DNA of 63,770 nucleotides, filler included, from Rhabdomonas costata (taxonomy: Eukaryota), in NCBI GenBank assembly GCA_019059605.1. It is 40 parts of 40 records of this genome, joined end to end, with 100 filler letters (N's around TTAATTAATTAA, not from the genome) between each part and the next. Parts side by side here need not be neighbours in the genome. Positions count along the whole stretch, not along the records: positions 62,277 to 63,770 come from JAHMHO010014491.1; 39 more parts are not named here. One strand, 5' to 3'. The notes under the pieces are model-generated. The model had not been told where the DNA came from and did not search any database. It was given only the letters and a program-made list of their open reading frames with translations. This document shows positions 63,311-63,770 of this stretch, piece by piece. The first letter of the stretch is position 1, and every line of letters starts with the position of its first letter. A program made the position numbers and the translations under genes.

Positions 63311-63770
63311 TGTACATGTAGCCGGGTTCGATGGTGTTAGTGGTTCCGTAGTGCTTGGGTTGGTCGGCGTAGCGTGTTCGCGGGTTGGGGTTCTGTCTCT
63401 GTCTCTGGTGTCGTTGTGAGGGTATCGTAGTGCATCTGCAGTGTAGGGTTCGTGGGTACGTTTGTGTGGTTCATTGGCGTTGCTGTGTGTATCTCTTTGT
63501 GCTGCGGAAGCGCTTCTTAGTCAACCATGTCGATTGCACTTTCACATTTCACCGGTTTCTCTTGTTGTGTGGCCTTTCCAGGGATCCAATGGTGTCATTG
63601 GTTCGTGGTTGTCGAAGAGCGTGGATGGATACGGATGGATAGGAGACCTAGGAGGACTGTGAGACCCAGCAAGAGGCACTACTTGCAGCATCTACGACCT
63701 AGTGTAACGACACCAACGTGCGTACACACGACGATTAAGCTGAGTTCCTACGTAGGAAGTGCGAATGTAG

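Noticed and set aside
63703-63770. TGTAACGAC as an LTR start
   Set aside because: Only a short motif at the window edge; no second LTR, PBS or PPT visible.
1-63770. rRNA, tRNA, spliced-leader RNA, CRISPR arrays, prokaryotic operons
   Set aside because: None recognisable by eye; covariance-model searches would be needed to exclude small RNAs.

Overview
This is not continuous genome. It is 40 unlinked ~1.5-kb contigs of an intron-rich (GT-AG) eukaryote, sorted by length and joined by an artificial 100-bp N-TTAATTAATTAA-N linker. The gene content (receptor-type cyclase parts, periplasmic-binding-protein domains) and TTAGGG repeats suggest a euglenozoan/euglenid-like protist; this is inference. 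Most contigs begin with G/T-only and end with A/C-only bases, and several end in fold-back palindromes, which points to whole-genome amplification with K-degenerate primers. Recognisable exon sets encode PstS-like and LivJ-like binding domains, LTA4H, CNOT10, hemerythrin, vWA, U-box, C2, RCC1, ABCG, SPRY, sirtuin, an sAC-type cyclase, 5'-nucleotidase, a protein kinase, WRNIP1/MgsA and an AAA_16 start. The mobile DNA is the most interesting part: (1) a 218-bp MITE (52960-53177) with 25-bp GG-ended TIRs, a perfect 8-bp TSD and an internal (GGGTTA)n telomeric tract; (2) a decayed Merlin/IS1595-type transposase (~62536-62935, minus strand, absent from the ORF track); (3) an AT-rich virus-like insert (~24066-25455) with a fibre-like fragment, a frameshifted HNH endonuclease, a GKYKG protein and a solo copy of the same MITE end; (4) a decayed Ty3/Gypsy element.
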